Counted from the stretch's first letter, positions 41,993 through 54,027 are shown. The stretch is 64,000 nt of DNA from an uncultured delta proteobacterium (GCA_963766715.1 CAVYBH010000012.1:96001-160000); one strand, 5' to 3'. The notes: generated by a model from the letters alone, not told the origin. Translations and numbers: made by a program.

Positions 41993-42579
41993 GGCGTCCC
42001 CCAGGGTGGCGTGAGCCCGAGCCGGCCGAGCAGGGCGAGCGTCTCGGCGAGCGGCAGGCCGACCACGTTCGAGACGCTGCCGGCGATCCCGCGCACCAGC
42101 GAGCCGCCGGCTCCCTGGACGGCGTAGGCGCCGGCCTTGTCGAACGGCTCTCCGGTTCCCACGTACCAGGCGATGCGCTCCTCGGAGAGGGGGACGAGGC
42201 GCACCGCCGAGGAGACGACGAGGGTCTCCTCCCGCGTCGCTCCGTCGGCTCCCCTCGCGAGGCCGTGGACGCCGGTGGCCACGACGTGGGTCCGGCCGGA
42301 GAGGGCCCGCAGCATCCGCCGGGCGTCGCCCTCGTCGCGCGGCTTGCCCAGGATCTCCGTCCCCAGGACCACGGAGGTGTCGGCGGCGAGCACCAGCTCT
42401 CCGGGCGAGGCCGGGACGGCGCGGGCCTTCTCGCGGGCCAGCCGCCGGACGTACCCGTCCGCACCTTCGCCCTCACGCACCGACTCGTCGGTGTCGGCGG
42501 GCCGGACCTCGGCCTGGACGCCGACCGAGGCGAGCAACTCGCGGCGGCGAGGACTCCGGGAGGCGAGGACGAGACGCAT
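41989..42579 (-). CDS. maf: Maf family nucleoside-triphosphate pyrophosphatase (YhdE-like)
   Basis: [39 protein letters not shown]. Confidence 0.95.
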   Translation of the reverse strand: MRLVLASRSPRRRELLASVGVQAEVRPADTDESVREGEGADGYVRRLAREKARAVPASPGELVLAADTSVVLGTEILGKPRDEGDARRMLRALSGRTHVVATGVHGLARGADGATREETLVVSSAVRLVPLSEERIAWYVGTGEPFDKAGAYAVQGAGGSLVRGIAGSVSNVVGLPLAETLALLGRLGLTPPWGTP

Positions 42580-42619
42580 TGACGAATGACCCGCGGTATT
42601 GCTACCACGATCCTCGACC

Positions 42620-43666
42620 ATGGAGTCCCGCGACCTGCTGCGGGAGCTCGAGCGGAAGGTTCAGGAGCTCCAGGCGTTCAACGACATCGGCCGCTCCCTG
42701 GCCGGGACCCTCGACATCCACGAGCTGCTCGCGGTCATCATGCAGAAGGTGAGCGAGGTGCTCCGCCCCGAGCACTGGTCGCTCCTGCTCGTCGACGAGG
42801 CCAAGCAGGAGCTGGTCTTCGAGATCGCGGTCGGCGAGGGAGCCGAGCGGCTGAAGGCCATGCGCCTGCCCCTCGGGGAAGGGGTGGCGGGCCACGTCGC
42901 CACCTCGGGACGCCCGGTGCTCGTGCCCGACGTCCGCCAGGACCCCCGCTTCGCCGCCCGATTCGACGACGCCTCCGGCATGGTCACCGGCAGCCTTCTC
43001 GCCGTGCCGCTCCAGTCGAAGGGGCGGGTGCTCGGGGTGGTCGAGCTCGTGAACCCGCGGGGCGGCCATCCCTTCGACGCCACCGACCAGCGGACGCTGG
43101 AGGCCCTCGCCGACTACGCGGCCATCGCCATCGACAACGCGCGGGCCTACGAGCGCATCCGGGAACTCACGCTCCGCGACGAGCACACCGGCCTCTTCAA
43201 CTCCCGCCACCTCTGGCGGCAGCTGGAGATGGAGGTGGCCCGCACCGCCCGGACCGGCAGGCCGTTCTCGCTGGTCTTCGTGGACCTCGATCACTTCAAG
43301 CAGGTGAACGACCGGTTCGGGCACCAGGCGGGGAGCGGAGTCCTGAAGGAGGTCGGGGACCTCATCCGTCACAAGATCCGGACCATCGACGTGCCGGTCC
43401 GCTACGGCGGGGACGAGTTCGTCGTCCTGCTGCCCGAGACGGACAAGGTCCATGCCCGCACCGTCGCCGATCGGATCCGCGTGGCCATGGCCGAGGCGAC
43501 CTTCCTGCGGGAGAGCGGACTCGCGGTGAAGATCACGGCCAGCTTCGGCCTCTCGACCTGCCCGGAGGACGGGGACACCCCGGAGAAGGTCGTCCAGGGA
43601 GCCGACGCGGCGATGTACCGGGTGAAGGAATCGAGCCGGAACGCCGTGGGCGAGGCCGGCGGGTAG
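42620..43666 (+). CDS. GAF-GGDEF diguanylate cyclase
   Basis: GAF domain (GEGVAG, DPRF); [23 protein letters not shown]-site RTID, RYGGDEF. Confidence 0.95.
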   Translation: MESRDLLRELERKVQELQAFNDIGRSLAGTLDIHELLAVIMQKVSEVLRPEHWSLLLVDEAKQELVFEIAVGEGAERLKAMRLPLGEGVAGHVATSGRPVLVPDVRQDPRFAARFDDASGMVTGSLLAVPLQSKGRVLGVVELVNPRGGHPFDATDQRTLEALADYAAIAIDNARAYERIRELTLRDEHTGLFNSRHLWRQLEMEVARTARTGRPFSLVFVDLDHFKQVNDRFGHQAGSGVLKEVGDLIRHKIRTIDVPVRYGGDEFVVLLPETDKVHARTVADRIRVAMAEATFLRESGLAVKITASFGLSTCPEDGDTPEKVVQGADAAMYRVKESSRNAVGEAGG

Positions 43667-43709
43667 CCGGCCGGCCCAGGGCTCCGGCTCGAGGTGCGTC
43701 GCGAGCGGG

Positions 43710-45288
43710 CTACCTGCTGCTGCTGCGCCGCCACGGCTCCGCGCAGGAGCGCGTCGTTCACCTTGATGGTGGCGCCGTCCCGCAGCGTCTTCAGCCAGGC
43801 GGTCTCGACCTCCGCCTGCCGGCGGGAGGTGAGGCGGGCGGCGATCTCGTCGCGCTGCCGCTCGTACTTGGCAGGGTCGGGGCGCTGCCGCTCCTTCACC
43901 TGGGCCACCACCGGCCCGGCGGGCGTGGCGTACACGTCCGGCAGCGTCTGGCCCGCGGCGGTGGCGGCGGCGGCGGCGGCGTAGAGGGCCGGGGCCTCCC
44001 CGAGGCCGGGCACGGTGGCGGCGGCCGGGTTGAAGAGGCCGCTGTCGCGGGCCACGATGGGCTCGCCACCGAGGGTGGGGCCAGCCTTCCGCGCGTCGGG
44101 CTGGGCGGCAGGGAACATCGCCTCGAGCTTCTTGCCGGCCCGGGCCTGGGCGAGTGCCTCGCGCGCCCGGCGGTCGGCGATCTTCCGCGCGCCCTCGAGC
44201 TCGAGGATCTCGCGAGCCAGGGAGGTCTCGACCTCCTTGAGCGGCACGACGCGGGCGTCCTCCACCCCCTCGACGAGGATGAGGTGCCAGCCGAAGCGGG
44301 TGCGCACCGGCGCAGAGACCTCGCCCGCCTTCAGCGCGAAGGCGGCGTCGTCGAAGGGCTTGGCCATGAGCCCCGGGCCGAACGTGCCCAGGTCGCCGCC
44401 CTTCTCGCGGGTCGCGGTGTCGTCGGTCGTCTCCTTCGCCACCTGGGCGAAGGGTTCCTTCTTCACGCGCTCGGCGAGCCCCTCGATCTTCTTCTTGGCG
44501 GCGTCGTCCTGGGCCGCCGGGGCGCCCTCGGGCACCTTCACGAGGATGTGGCGGGCGTGGACCTGCTTCTTCTTCTCGAAGCGGGCCGCGTTGTCCTTGT
44601 AGGCCTTCTGGACCTTCGCCGCGTCGGTCCGGAGGAGCGCCGCCACCTCGGCGTCGGTGACCTTGACCTCCTTGCGAGCGGCGGCGAACGGGAAGCGCAC
44701 CCACTCGAGCTCCACGCGGTCGGCGTCGGCCATCCAGGCCGCGCGGACCTCGTCCTCGGAGACCAGGGCTCCTTCGCGGAGGAGGGCCGTCATCTTCTGG
44801 AAGAGCAGGTCGTCGACGAGCCGCTCCTCGAAGCGGGACTCCGACCCGTAGGACTGCCGCACGGCGCGCCGGTAGAGCTCGATGTCGAAGCGACCGTCGG
44901 TCTGGAAGCTGGGGATGGACCAGACGACCCGGTTCACCTCGTCCGGGGTGACGCGGAGGCCGCGACGCTTGGCCTCCTGCACCACCAGCACCCGGTCGAC
45001 GAGCTGGTTCATGGCCACGTTGCGCAGGCCGAGCTGGTCGGCGAGCTCGCGGGTGAAGCTCTGGCCGACCCGGGCCTGGTAGGTCCGGAAGAGGTTTCCG
45101 TAGGCCTCCTCGTAGTCGGCCGGCGCCACCGCGTAGCCGTCGATCTCGACGGCCGTGTGCGAGGAGAGCCCTTCCACCTGGCATCCCTGGGAGCCCGGTC
45201 CGAACGACACCACGAAGACGATGATGATGATGCCGAAGAGCACGTAGGTGAGGACGCTGCGGCTCTTCGAGCGAAGGATGTCCAGCAT
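43710..45288 (-). CDS. ppiD: PpiD/SurA-like membrane-anchored peptidyl-prolyl isomerase
   Basis: MLDILR.., N-terminal TM, SurA_N region, parvulin ARHIL..GGDLG..PVRTRFGWHLI; likely true stop at ~43710 is out of frame by one base (ORF track runs on to 43402). Confidence 0.88.
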
Positions 45289-45345
45289 GAGGTAGAAGGC
45301 TCCCGCGGGGTGGAGTTCCGGTCGGCGGCCCTGGCCGCGACGGGG

Positions 45346-45379
45346 TTGAACAAGTAGGTCGATAGGCGCTAAAATGCAA
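45346..45379. promoter_or_regulatory. Overlapping divergent sigma70-like promoters (mreC / ppiD)
   Basis: Plus strand TTGAAC-N18-TAAAAT; minus strand TTGCAT-N17-TACTTG. Confidence 0.5.
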
Positions 45380-45426
45380 GGGTTTTCGAGGTCGGGACGG
45401 GCGGCGCGGGCGAGGTCGGAGTCGAA

Positions 45427-46293
45427 TTGCTCTCTCTTCTGAAGCGGTACCGGGAAGTCCTCGTCGTGGTGGTCCTCGCGGTGGTCCCGCTGGGCGTGTT
45501 CCTCGCCCATGCGCGCCACCCCGCCGACCGGACCGCGCTCGATCGGTTCGTCCTCACGGCCACGAGCCCCATCGAGAAGGCGGTCGACTGGTCGCTCTCC
45601 GGCGTGCTCACCACCTGGCAGCGCTACGTCTGGCTCCGGGGCGCGCACGATCAGGCCCTCGCGCTCACCCGCACGGTGAACGAGCTGCGCGCCGAGAACG
45701 CCCAGCTCGCCCAGCTGAAGGTCGAGAACGAGCGGCTGGAACGATTGCTGGCCTTCGCGCGTTCCAAGCCAGAGCACCGGGCGGTGGGCGCCCGGATCAT
45801 CGGAACGCGAATGGACCCCAAGGGACTTCAGCTCGTCACCATCGACCGCGGCTCCGACGACGGCATCCGCCGGATGATGCCGGTGGTCACGGCCGACGGC
45901 GTGGTGGGGCGCGTCCACACCCTGGGATCGCACAGCGCCGACATCCTGCTCCTCTCCGACCGCAACAGCTCCATCGCGGTCCGGATCGAGCGGTCCCGCG
46001 CCCGGGCCAACGTGCGCGGACAGGGCGCGCCCGGGCCGTGCCGGCTCGAGTACGCGCTCCGCTCCGACGACCTGATCGAGGGGGACCTCCTGCTCACCTC
46101 GGGCACCGATGGCGTCTTCCCGCGCGGCCTCGCGGTCGGACAGGTGACCCGGGTGAAGCGCGGCGGCTTCGGCCTCTACCAGGCGGCCGAGGTGATCCCC
46201 GCCGTCGACGTGAACCGGGTGGAGGAGGTCGCCGTGCTGGTCTCCACCGAGAATCCCGGCGCCCTTCCCGCCGCGCTCGCGCCCGAGCCATGA
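45427..46293 (+). CDS. mreC: Rod shape-determining protein MreC
   Basis: ENERLERLL, TIDRGSDDGI, GVVGRV, LLTSG.DGVFPRGL.VG. Confidence 0.95.
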   Translation: MLSLLKRYREVLVVVVLAVVPLGVFLAHARHPADRTALDRFVLTATSPIEKAVDWSLSGVLTTWQRYVWLRGAHDQALALTRTVNELRAENAQLAQLKVENERLERLLAFARSKPEHRAVGARIIGTRMDPKGLQLVTIDRGSDDGIRRMMPVVTADGVVGRVHTLGSHSADILLLSDRNSSIAVRIERSRARANVRGQGAPGPCRLEYALRSDDLIEGDLLLTSGTDGVFPRGLAVGQVTRVKRGGFGLYQAAEVIPAVDVNRVEEVAVLVSTENPGALPAALAPEP

Positions 46294-46812
46294 GGAGATA
46301 CGTCCGGATCCCGCTGGCGCTGCTGGCGGCGCTGGTGCTGCTCGCCTTGGGCGCGTCGGCCACGAGCCAGCTCGCGGGCGGTGCCGTGTCCGTGGCGCTG
46401 GCCGTGCCGGTCATCGTCTGGCTGGGCGTCGAGACCCCGGTCGTCGAGGGGGCCATCGGCGCCGCGCTGGTGGGCGTGCTGCTCGACGCGGCCGCGGGAG
46501 GCCCGGGCGGGCTCCTCACCTTCCTGTCGGTGATGATCGTCGTGGGCGTGCGGGCGGGGGCGGGGCCCTTCGACGCCCGGAGCGACCTGGGCTTCGCGCT
46601 GCTCAGCGGCGCCGCCACCTTCACGATGGGCTTCGGGGCGATCCTGCTCACCCGCTACGTGACGCAGGAGGGAAGCCGAGCCGGGCTGGTCCTTGCTGGG
46701 GCGCGTGCTCGTCGAGTCGCTCCTCACCGCCCTGGCCGCGCCCGCAGTCCGCTGGGCGCTCGACCGCATCGTGGTCCCGGCCCACCGCGACCTGCCGGGG
46801 GCCCTGCGATGA
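46290..46812 (+). CDS. mreD: Rod shape-determining protein MreD (frameshift ~46685)
   Basis: Multi-TM ORF between mreC and mrdA with a G.LLD motif. Confidence 0.75.
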
Positions 46813-46825
46813 CCCGGGGGCTCCC

Positions 46826-48847
46826 GTGACGCTCGGTCCGTCCGGCTCGCGTGGGGAGGGAGGGGCGCGCCTGCTCTGGATGGCGGGCATCGCCTCCTTC
46901 GCCTTCCTGGTGCTCCTCTCGCGCCTCTACCACCTGCAGATCCTCCGGGGCGAGGAGTACAAGGGGCGCGCCGACGAGAACTTCGTGAAGGAGCTCCGGG
47001 TCCCGGCCGACCGCGGGCTGGTCCTCGACCGGACGCGCAAGGTCCTCGTCGACTCCCGGCCGAGCTACGACGTGGTCCTCATCCCGTGGTTCTGCGGGAA
47101 GGCCTGCGACGACGTGGTGGCGCGGCTCGCGGCCCTGCTCTCCCTCTCCTTCGAGGAGGAGCAGCGCGTGCGCGAGCACCTCGCCACCGCGCGCGGCCTG
47201 GTCCGGTTCCGTCCCTTCACGGTCAAGGTCGACATCTCGCGGGACGAGCTCGACGTGGTCGAGGCCAATCGCATCGAGCTCTCCGGGGCCGTCGACGTGC
47301 TCCCCACCCCGCACCGGAGCTACCGGCACGGCGTCTGGGCCAGCCACCTGCTCGGGTACATGAACGAGGTGGGCGCCGAGGAGATCGTGAAGCTGAACGC
47401 CGAGCTGGAGGAGCTGGGCGGGGATCAGCAGCCCTACCAGCCGCGCGACTTCGTGGGGCGGCGGGGCCTGGAGAAGCGCTTCGAGCGCGACCTCCGCGGC
47501 GTGGACGGCGTGCAGCGCGTGGTCGTCGACGCGCGCGGGAACGCCAAGCGGGACAGCGAGCTCATTCCCGAGGCGCAGCGCTACGAGCCCTCCTCGCCGG
47601 GCAACAACCTGGTCCTCTCCCTCGACTGGCGGCTGCAGGAGTTCGCCGAGAAGACCTTCCCGGCCACGGCGGGCGCGGTGCTCGCCATGGACGCGAGGAC
47701 CGGGTTCCTCCTCGCGCTGGTGGACCGGCCGGCCATCGACCCCAACAAGATGGCGGGCCGCATCAGCCGCGCCGAGCTGGCCGCCATCCGGGGCGATCCG
47801 CTCCAGCCCGAGCTCTTCCGGGCCATCCAGCAGCACTACCACCCCGGCTCGACGTTCAAGGTGGTGACCGCCATCGCCGCGCTGGAGGAGGGCGCGCTGC
47901 GGCCGGGCGGCACGGTGTACTGTCCGGGCCGCTACACGCTGGGTGGACACAGCTGGCGGTGCGACAAGGAGACGGGCCACGGCCAGGTCGACCTGGAGCA
48001 CGCGCTCGGCGCCAGCTGCGACGTCTTCTTCTACGCGCTGGGCGACCGGATGGGCACCGACCGGATCGCGAAATGGGGGGCGCTCCTCGGCCTGGGCAAG
48101 CCCACCGGCCTCGACCTCCAGGGGGAGATCCCGGGCGTGATGCCCGACGAGGCCTGGCACGACGCCCGCCAGCCCGGAGGGCACCAGCACGGCATGTCCC
48201 TCAACATCGCCATCGGCCAGGGGGACGTGAACGTGACGCCCCTCCAGCAGCTGGTCCTCTACGGCGCCATCGCCACCGGGAAGGTCTGGAAGCCGCAGGT
48301 CGTCCTGCGAATCGAGGATCCTCGCGGAGAGGTGCTGAAGGAATTCCCCCCGGAGGTCCGCGGGAAGCTGCCCATCAAGCAGGAGACCCGCGACGCCGTG
48401 ATGAAGGGGCTGCTCGCGACCGTGAACGAGCCCTTCGGCACCGCCCGCGGCGTGAAGCTGAAGGACACGGTCATGGCCGGCAAGACCGGCACCGCACAGG
48501 TGGTGAAACTGGGGGCCAAGCGGCTCAAGGCCTCGCAGGTCGGCTACTTCGAGCGGGACCACGCGTGGTTCGCCGCCTACGCGCCGGCCGACGACCCGGA
48601 GATCGTGGTGGTGGTGCTGAACGAGCACTCGGGCTTCGGGGCCTCCAACGCGGCCCCCACGGCCGCCGCGCTGGTGCGCAAGTGGCTGGAGCTGAAGGAG
48701 GAGGACGCGCGCGCGCGGGACGGCGCGAATCGCCCCGCCGAGGCGCCTCCCGCGGCGCCTCCCCCGGCGCCGCCTCCCGCCGGACGTCCGGAGAAGCCGG
48801 CCCGGGCCGCGCTCGACCCCGCCGCCGGAGCTCGCCGTGGCGCTTGA
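46826..48847 (+). CDS. mrdA: Penicillin-binding protein 2
   Basis: RGLVLDR, HLLGY, PGSTFK, SCD, AIGQG, GKTGTAQ, DHAWF. Confidence 0.96.
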   Translation: MTLGPSGSRGEGGARLLWMAGIASFAFLVLLSRLYHLQILRGEEYKGRADENFVKELRVPADRGLVLDRTRKVLVDSRPSYDVVLIPWFCGKACDDVVARLAALLSLSFEEEQRVREHLATARGLVRFRPFTVKVDISRDELDVVEANRIELSGAVDVLPTPHRSYRHGVWASHLLGYMNEVGAEEIVKLNAELEELGGDQQPYQPRDFVGRRGLEKRFERDLRGVDGVQRVVVDARGNAKRDSELIPEAQRYEPSSPGNNLVLSLDWRLQEFAEKTFPATAGAVLAMDARTGFLLALVDRPAIDPNKMAGRISRAELAAIRGDPLQPELFRAIQQHYHPGSTFKVVTAIAALEEGALRPGGTVYCPGRYTLGGHSWRCDKETGHGQVDLEHALGASCDVFFYALGDRMGTDRIAKWGALLGLGKPTGLDLQGEIPGVMPDEAWHDARQPGGHQHGMSLNIAIGQGDVNVTPLQQLVLYGAIATGKVWKPQVVLRIEDPRGEVLKEFPPEVRGKLPIKQETRDAVMKGLLATVNEPFGTARGVKLKDTVMAGKTGTAQVVKLGAKRLKASQVGYFERDHAWFAAYAPADDPEIVVVVLNEHSGFGASNAAPTAAALVRKWLELKEEDARARDGANRPAEAPPAAPPPAPPPAGRPEKPARAALDPAAGARRGA

Positions 48848-49973
48848 CCTCTCCGGGCTCGCCAGCCTGGGCGCGCCGCGGGACCGCTCCTTCGCCCGCT
48901 TCCCCTGGCACGTGGTCTTCCTGGTCCTGGCCATCTGCGGGCTGGGCGTCTGGAACCTCGCCTCGGCCTCCCGCAGCTCGCACGTCGACATCTGGATGAC
49001 CCAGGCCACCTGGATGGGGATCGGGACGGCGCTCGCCCTCTTCGTGGTGCTGGTCGACTACAAGCTCTTCCGGCAGGGCGCCTGGATCCTCTACGGCGTC
49101 GTGCTGCTGCTGCTCGTGGCGGTGCTCGTGAAGGGGCGGGTGGTGATGGGGGCCCGGCGGTGGATCCACGTCGGGCCCGTGGGTTTCCAGCCCTCCGAGT
49201 TCGCCAAGATCGCGGTCATCCTGGTGCTCGCCCGGTGGTTCTCCCGGGACGCCGAGAGCGACCCGAGGCGCGGGCCCCGGGGGCTGCTGGAGATCGCGAT
49301 CCCGGCGCTCCTCGTCCTCGTGCCGGCGGTGCTGGTCCAGCGGGAGCCCGACCTGGGCACGGCGCTCATCGTCGTCGCCGTGGGCGCGACGATGATCCTG
49401 TTCGCCGGCGTCCGGTGGAAGACGCTCGTGGTGCTGGTGGCGGCGGTGACCGTGGCGGCCGGCGCGGCCTGGCCCCACCTGAAGCCCTACCAGCGGAAGC
49501 GGGTCGAGACGTTCCTCAACCCCGAGGGAGACGTCCTGGGTGCGGGCTACCACGCGACCCAGTCGATGATCGCGGTGGGGTCCGGGCAGGGGTTCGGGAA
49601 GGGCTGGGGGCAGGGGACCCAGACCTTGCTCTCGTTCCTTCCCGAGCAGCACACCGACTTCATCTTCTCGGTGTGGGCGGAGGAGCACGGGTTCGCCGGC
49701 GCGCTCCTGCTGCTCGTCCTCTACTTCGCGCTGGTGGGGTCCGGGATCACCATCGCGCTCCGGGCGCGCGACCGGTTCGGCCAGTTCGTGGCGGTGGGGG
49801 CGACCGCGCTCGTCTTCTGGCACGCCTTCATCAACCTGGGGATGGTGACGGGCGTGATGCCGGTGGTGGGCGTGACGCTCCCGCTCATGAGCTACGGCGG
49901 GACGTCGGTGCTGGTGGTGTTCCTGGCGCTCGCGCTGCTCGCCAGCGTGGGAACCCGCCGCTTCGTCAACTGA
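48837..49973 (+). CDS. rodA: SEDS glycosyltransferase RodA
   Basis: GARRW, QPSEFAK, PDLGT, YQRKR, FLPEQHTDFIF, LPLMSYGG. Confidence 0.96.
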   Translation: MALDLSGLASLGAPRDRSFARFPWHVVFLVLAICGLGVWNLASASRSSHVDIWMTQATWMGIGTALALFVVLVDYKLFRQGAWILYGVVLLLLVAVLVKGRVVMGARRWIHVGPVGFQPSEFAKIAVILVLARWFSRDAESDPRRGPRGLLEIAIPALLVLVPAVLVQREPDLGTALIVVAVGATMILFAGVRWKTLVVLVAAVTVAAGAAWPHLKPYQRKRVETFLNPEGDVLGAGYHATQSMIAVGSGQGFGKGWGQGTQTLLSFLPEQHTDFIFSVWAEEHGFAGALLLLVLYFALVGSGITIALRARDRFGQFVAVGATALVFWHAFINLGMVTGVMPVVGVTLPLMSYGGTSVLVVFLALALLASVGTRRFVN

Positions 49974-49997
49974 CGGGCGGCGGGCGGCCGACCGTTC

Positions 49998-50327
49998 CTA
50001 GGCCGAGACCTTCTTCACGCTGTCGAGGATGCGGGTCCGGTCGCTGCCGACGACCGTGTCGACCACCTTGCCGCCCTTGAAGACGAGCAGGGTCGGGATC
50101 GAGCGGATGTTGTACTTCTGGGCGACGACCTGGTGCTTGTCGATGTCCATCTTGCCGACCTTCACCTTGCCCTTGAAGTCGGTGGCGATCTGCTCGACCA
50201 CGGGCGCGATGGCCTTGCAGGGCCCGCACCACGTGGCCCAGAAATCGACCAGGACGGGAAGTTCGCTCTTGAGCACCTCGTTGTCGAAGGTGCCGTCCTC
50301 GAGGGTCACGACGTCGTTGGAGGCCAT
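49998..50327 (-). CDS. trxA: Thioredoxin
   Basis: VLVDFWATWCGPCK, IPTL. Confidence 0.97.
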   Translation of the reverse strand: MASNDVVTLEDGTFDNEVLKSELPVLVDFWATWCGPCKAIAPVVEQIATDFKGKVKVGKMDIDKHQVVAQKYNIRSIPTLLVFKGGKVVDTVVGSDRTRILDSVKKVSA

Positions 50328-50427
50328 GCCGGCTTCCTAACTCCTCGGGCGCGTGCTGGCAAGCGGGGCAGGGGGCATGCTAGCCTGTCCGTCCCCCGCA
50401 AACGTGCGAAACAACGGCGATCTCTCC

Positions 50428-50874
50428 ATGGCAGGTGGACTCCTCTTCGTCTCGCAGTCGCTCCTCGACACCTGGGCCGGCCAGGGTCGCGTCGACCTGG
50501 ACGCACGCTCGATCACGCTCCTTTCCGGGGAGGGTCAGGGCCGCCGCTACGCACTGGAGCCCGCCGCGAGGTTCCTCCGCGTGTCTGCCGGGGGCGACGA
50601 CCCGAACCAGCTGCTCGCCCGGGTGAAGACCCTCGCCCAGATCCGGGAGATGGGCGGCGACTTCCTCGCCGATTCCGTCGTCCTCGGCGAGACGGCCTAC
50701 GAGGTCGAGCCGGGATTCCTGGCCGAGGCCTCGGTCGTCGAGGCGGCCGGCCGGGCCGCTCCGGCCGCGGTCGCCCGGTCGTCCGGGAACGCGAACGGCC
50801 TCCCGCGCGACCTGGAGGAGAGGCGCAAGGAAGCGGAAGCACTGGCCCGGTTCCTTCTTGACAATCTTTCGTGA
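50428..50874 (+). CDS. Hypothetical protein
   Basis: 148 aa ORF with gene-like composition ([11 protein letters not shown]..., [15 protein letters not shown]), upstream of the hem operon. Confidence 0.7.
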   Translation: MAGGLLFVSQSLLDTWAGQGRVDLDARSITLLSGEGQGRRYALEPAARFLRVSAGGDDPNQLLARVKTLAQIREMGGDFLADSVVLGETAYEVEPGFLAEASVVEAAGRAAPAAVARSSGNANGLPRDLEERRKEAEALARFLLDNLS

Positions 50875-50922
50875 CGGGAACACTACGACCCGTCCACACT
50901 GACGCCCCGAGCGAGACTCCTG

Positions 50923-51768
50923 ATGAGCCTGATGGTTCTCCGCTTCTCCGCCCTGTTCTACGCCGGGGCGGTCGCTGCCTACGTCGTCTACTTCGCCCGC
51001 CCGCGGCACGCGGGGCTGGCGACGGTGGGCCAGTGGCTCCTGGGCATCGCCTTCCTGGTCCAGGCGGCCGCCATCGGGCTGGGCTGCAAGGAGTACGGCG
51101 GGGCCGAGTTCTTCGGGCTGCGGGGCGGGCTCGTGGTCATGACCTGGCTGGCGGCGGGCGCCTCGCTGATCGTCCAGCGGCTCTACCGGATCCCGGCCGT
51201 CGGCGCCTTCATCACGCCGCTCGTGCTGGTGGTCCTGCTCCCCACGCTCTTCCTCGTGAAGCCGGACTTCCCCGAGGTCCTGCCCGAGGCCGTCCGCCGC
51301 CCGATGCTCACGATCCACATCGTGACGGCGCTCCTCGGGGTGTCCCTCTTCGCCATCGCCTCCGGGGTCGCGGTCATGTACCTCCTCCAGGAGCGCGAGG
51401 TGAAGGGGAAGCGCTTCGGGGCGCTCTTCTCCCGGCTCCCCTCGCTGGCCGCCCTCGATCAGCTGAACCAGCGGCTCGTGCGCTTCGGCTTCGTCGTCTA
51501 CACGGTGGCCCTGCTCACCGGGTCCGGCATGGCCAAGGTGGTCTGGAAGAGCGCCTGGCAGTGGGACCCGCAGCAGGTCAGCTCGCTCGTCATCTGGACC
51601 CTCTACGGCGTGATGGTCCAGCTCCGCCACACCGGCTGGCACGGACGCCGCTTCGCCTTCCTCACCATCGCAGCCTTCGGCCTGGTCATCGGGTCGATGG
51701 TCACGCTCAACGTGCTGCCGGCCGGCGTGACCCGGCACGGGGGCGACTTCAGCGGGGAGCTGAAGTGA
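50923..51768 (+). CDS. Cytochrome c assembly (CcsA/HemX-like) membrane protein
   Basis: About 8 TMs; IH, LQEREVK, LPSL..LD, W.WDP, W.G.R and terminal His; directly before hemA. Confidence 0.85.
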   Translation: MSLMVLRFSALFYAGAVAAYVVYFARPRHAGLATVGQWLLGIAFLVQAAAIGLGCKEYGGAEFFGLRGGLVVMTWLAAGASLIVQRLYRIPAVGAFITPLVLVVLLPTLFLVKPDFPEVLPEAVRRPMLTIHIVTALLGVSLFAIASGVAVMYLLQEREVKGKRFGALFSRLPSLAALDQLNQRLVRFGFVVYTVALLTGSGMAKVVWKSAWQWDPQQVSSLVIWTLYGVMVQLRHTGWHGRRFAFLTIAAFGLVIGSMVTLNVLPAGVTRHGGDFSGELK

Positions 51769-53091
51769 GCAAGGGTCGCGAGCTTCACCTCGTCGGGCTC
51801 TCCCACAAGAGCGCCCCGGTGGCGGTGCGCGAGCAGGTGGCCCTGAACGGCGACGTCCTGAAGGACGCGCTGGCGGGCCTGGCCGTCCGCCCGGGCGTCG
51901 CGGAGGCCATGGTGGTCTCCACCTGCAACCGGGTCGAGTGCTACGTCTACGGCGAGTCGCTCGAGGAGGCGCGCAGGTTCTTCCTGGAGCGGACCGCCGA
52001 GGCCGGGGGGCACCTCTACGAGCGCTCCGGCCGCGAGGCCATCCGCCACCTCTTCCGGGTGGCCGCCAGCCTGGACTCGATGGTGGTGGGAGAGCCCCAG
52101 ATCCTCGGGCAGGTGAAGGAAGCCTACGGGCTCGCCGCCTCGGCCGAGACCGCCGGCACGTTCGTGTCGCGCCTGTGCAACCGCGCCTTCGCCACCGCGA
52201 AGCGCGTCCGGACCGAGACCGAGATCGCCCGGGGGGCCGGCAGCGTCTCCCAGGTCGCCGTCGAGCTGGTCGAGAAGATCTTCGGCGACCTCCGCGGACG
52301 GGCCGTGCTGCTGGTGGGCGCCGGGAAGATGGGGGCCCTGTCCGCCAAGGCGCTCCGGGACCTGGGCGCCGATCGGATCCTCGTGACCAACCGGTCGCCG
52401 GAGCGGGCCCGGGCGCTGGCCGTGGAGATCGGCGCGAGCGCCGAGCCGTGGGAGTCGCTGACCAGCCTGCTGGCGCTGGCGGACGTGGTCATCGTCTCCA
52501 CCGGCGCCCCGACCTACGTCATCACCCAGGAGCTCGCCGAGCAGGTGATGAAGGCCCGTCGCGGCCGCTCCATCTGCTACATCGACCTGGCGGTTCCGCG
52601 AAACGTCGACCCCGCCTGCGGCCAGCAGGACAACGTCTACGCCTACGACATCGACGACCTGCAGAAGGTCGTGGTCCAGACCCACGCCGCCCGCGCGGAG
52701 GAGGCCATCCGGGCCGAGGCCATCGTCGAGTCCGAGGTGATGGCCTTCGCGCAGGAGCGGGAGACCCGCGCCGCGCTGCCGGTGCTGGCCGAGCTCCGCC
52801 GGCGCGCCGAGCAAATCGCGCGCGCCGAGGCGGAGCGCACGCTCTCCCACCTGGGGGGCAAGCTCGACGACAAGGGGCGAAAGAGCGTCGAGGCCATGGC
52901 CCAGGCAATCGTGAACAAGCTCCTCCACGGACCCGACCGCCCGGCTGAAGGAAGCCGCCGCCTCGGGCGACAGCGACCTCCCCGGCGCGGCCGCCGAGCT
53001 CTTCGGCGTCGAGGCCGAACCGAACCCGCAACCGCGCCGCCGTCCGGAGAGCGACTCCGACGCTGCCGCCCAGCCGGAGTCCCACCGATGA
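51765..53091 (+). CDS. hemA: Glutamyl-tRNA reductase (frameshift ~52933)
   Basis: [51 protein letters not shown]. Confidence 0.96.
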
Positions 53092-54027
53092 CCGTCCGAA
53101 TCGCCACCCGCCGCAGCGCCCTCGCCAAGTGGCAGGCCCACCACGTCTCCTCCCTGCTCGTGGGGCTCGAGCCCGGCCTCGACGTCCAGCTGCTCGAGCT
53201 CATGACCCGGGGGGACCGGATCCTCGACGTCCCGCTCGCCGAGGTCGGCGGCAAGGGGCTCTTCGTGAAGGAGATCGAGGACGCGCTCCTCCGGGGAGAC
53301 GCCCAGATCGCCGTCCACTCGATGAAGGACCTGCCCGCCGTCGAGCCGGAGGGGCTCGTCATCGCCGCCGTGCCGGTGCGGGAGGACCCTCGCGACGCGC
53401 TCGTCTCCCACGGCAAGCGTCTCGAGGATCTGCCCCGCGGCGCGAAGGTCGGCACCGCCAGCCTGCGCCGCTCGGCCCAGCTGCACGCGCTCCGCCCCAA
53501 TCTGAAGATCGAGACCATCCGCGGCAACGTGGCCACGCGGCTGCGGAAGATCGACGAGGGCTTCGACGCGGTGGTGCTCGCCCACGCGGGGCTGAAGCGG
53601 CTCGGGCTGGCCGACAAGGTCGTCCAGGTCTTCTCCACCGACGAGATGCTCCCGGCGGTCGCGCAGGGTGCGCTCGCCATCGAGGCCCGCAAGGACGACC
53701 CCGAGACGTTGCGCCGCCTGGCGCCGCTCGAGGACCGGACGACCCGCATCCAGATCGAGGCGGAGCGAGGATTCCTCCGCACGCTGCAGGGGGGCTGCCA
53801 GGTTCCCATCGCCGGGCACGCCGAGGTGAAGGGCGGAGAGGTCCGGCTGCGCGGGCTGGTGGCGAACCTCGACGGCACCGTGATCATCCGGGGCGAGCGG
53901 TCCGGGCCCGTCGCGGAGGCCGCGCGCATCGGCGTGGCGCTCGCGGAGGAGCTCCTCTCCCGCGGGGCAGGCGGAGATCCTCGCCGCCATCGAGAAGGGA
54001 CCCGCGCTGTCGGCGCCGAGACGGTGA
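53088..54027 (+). CDS. hemC: Hydroxymethylbilane synthase (frameshift near the C-terminus)
   Basis: [44 protein letters not shown]. Confidence 0.97.
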
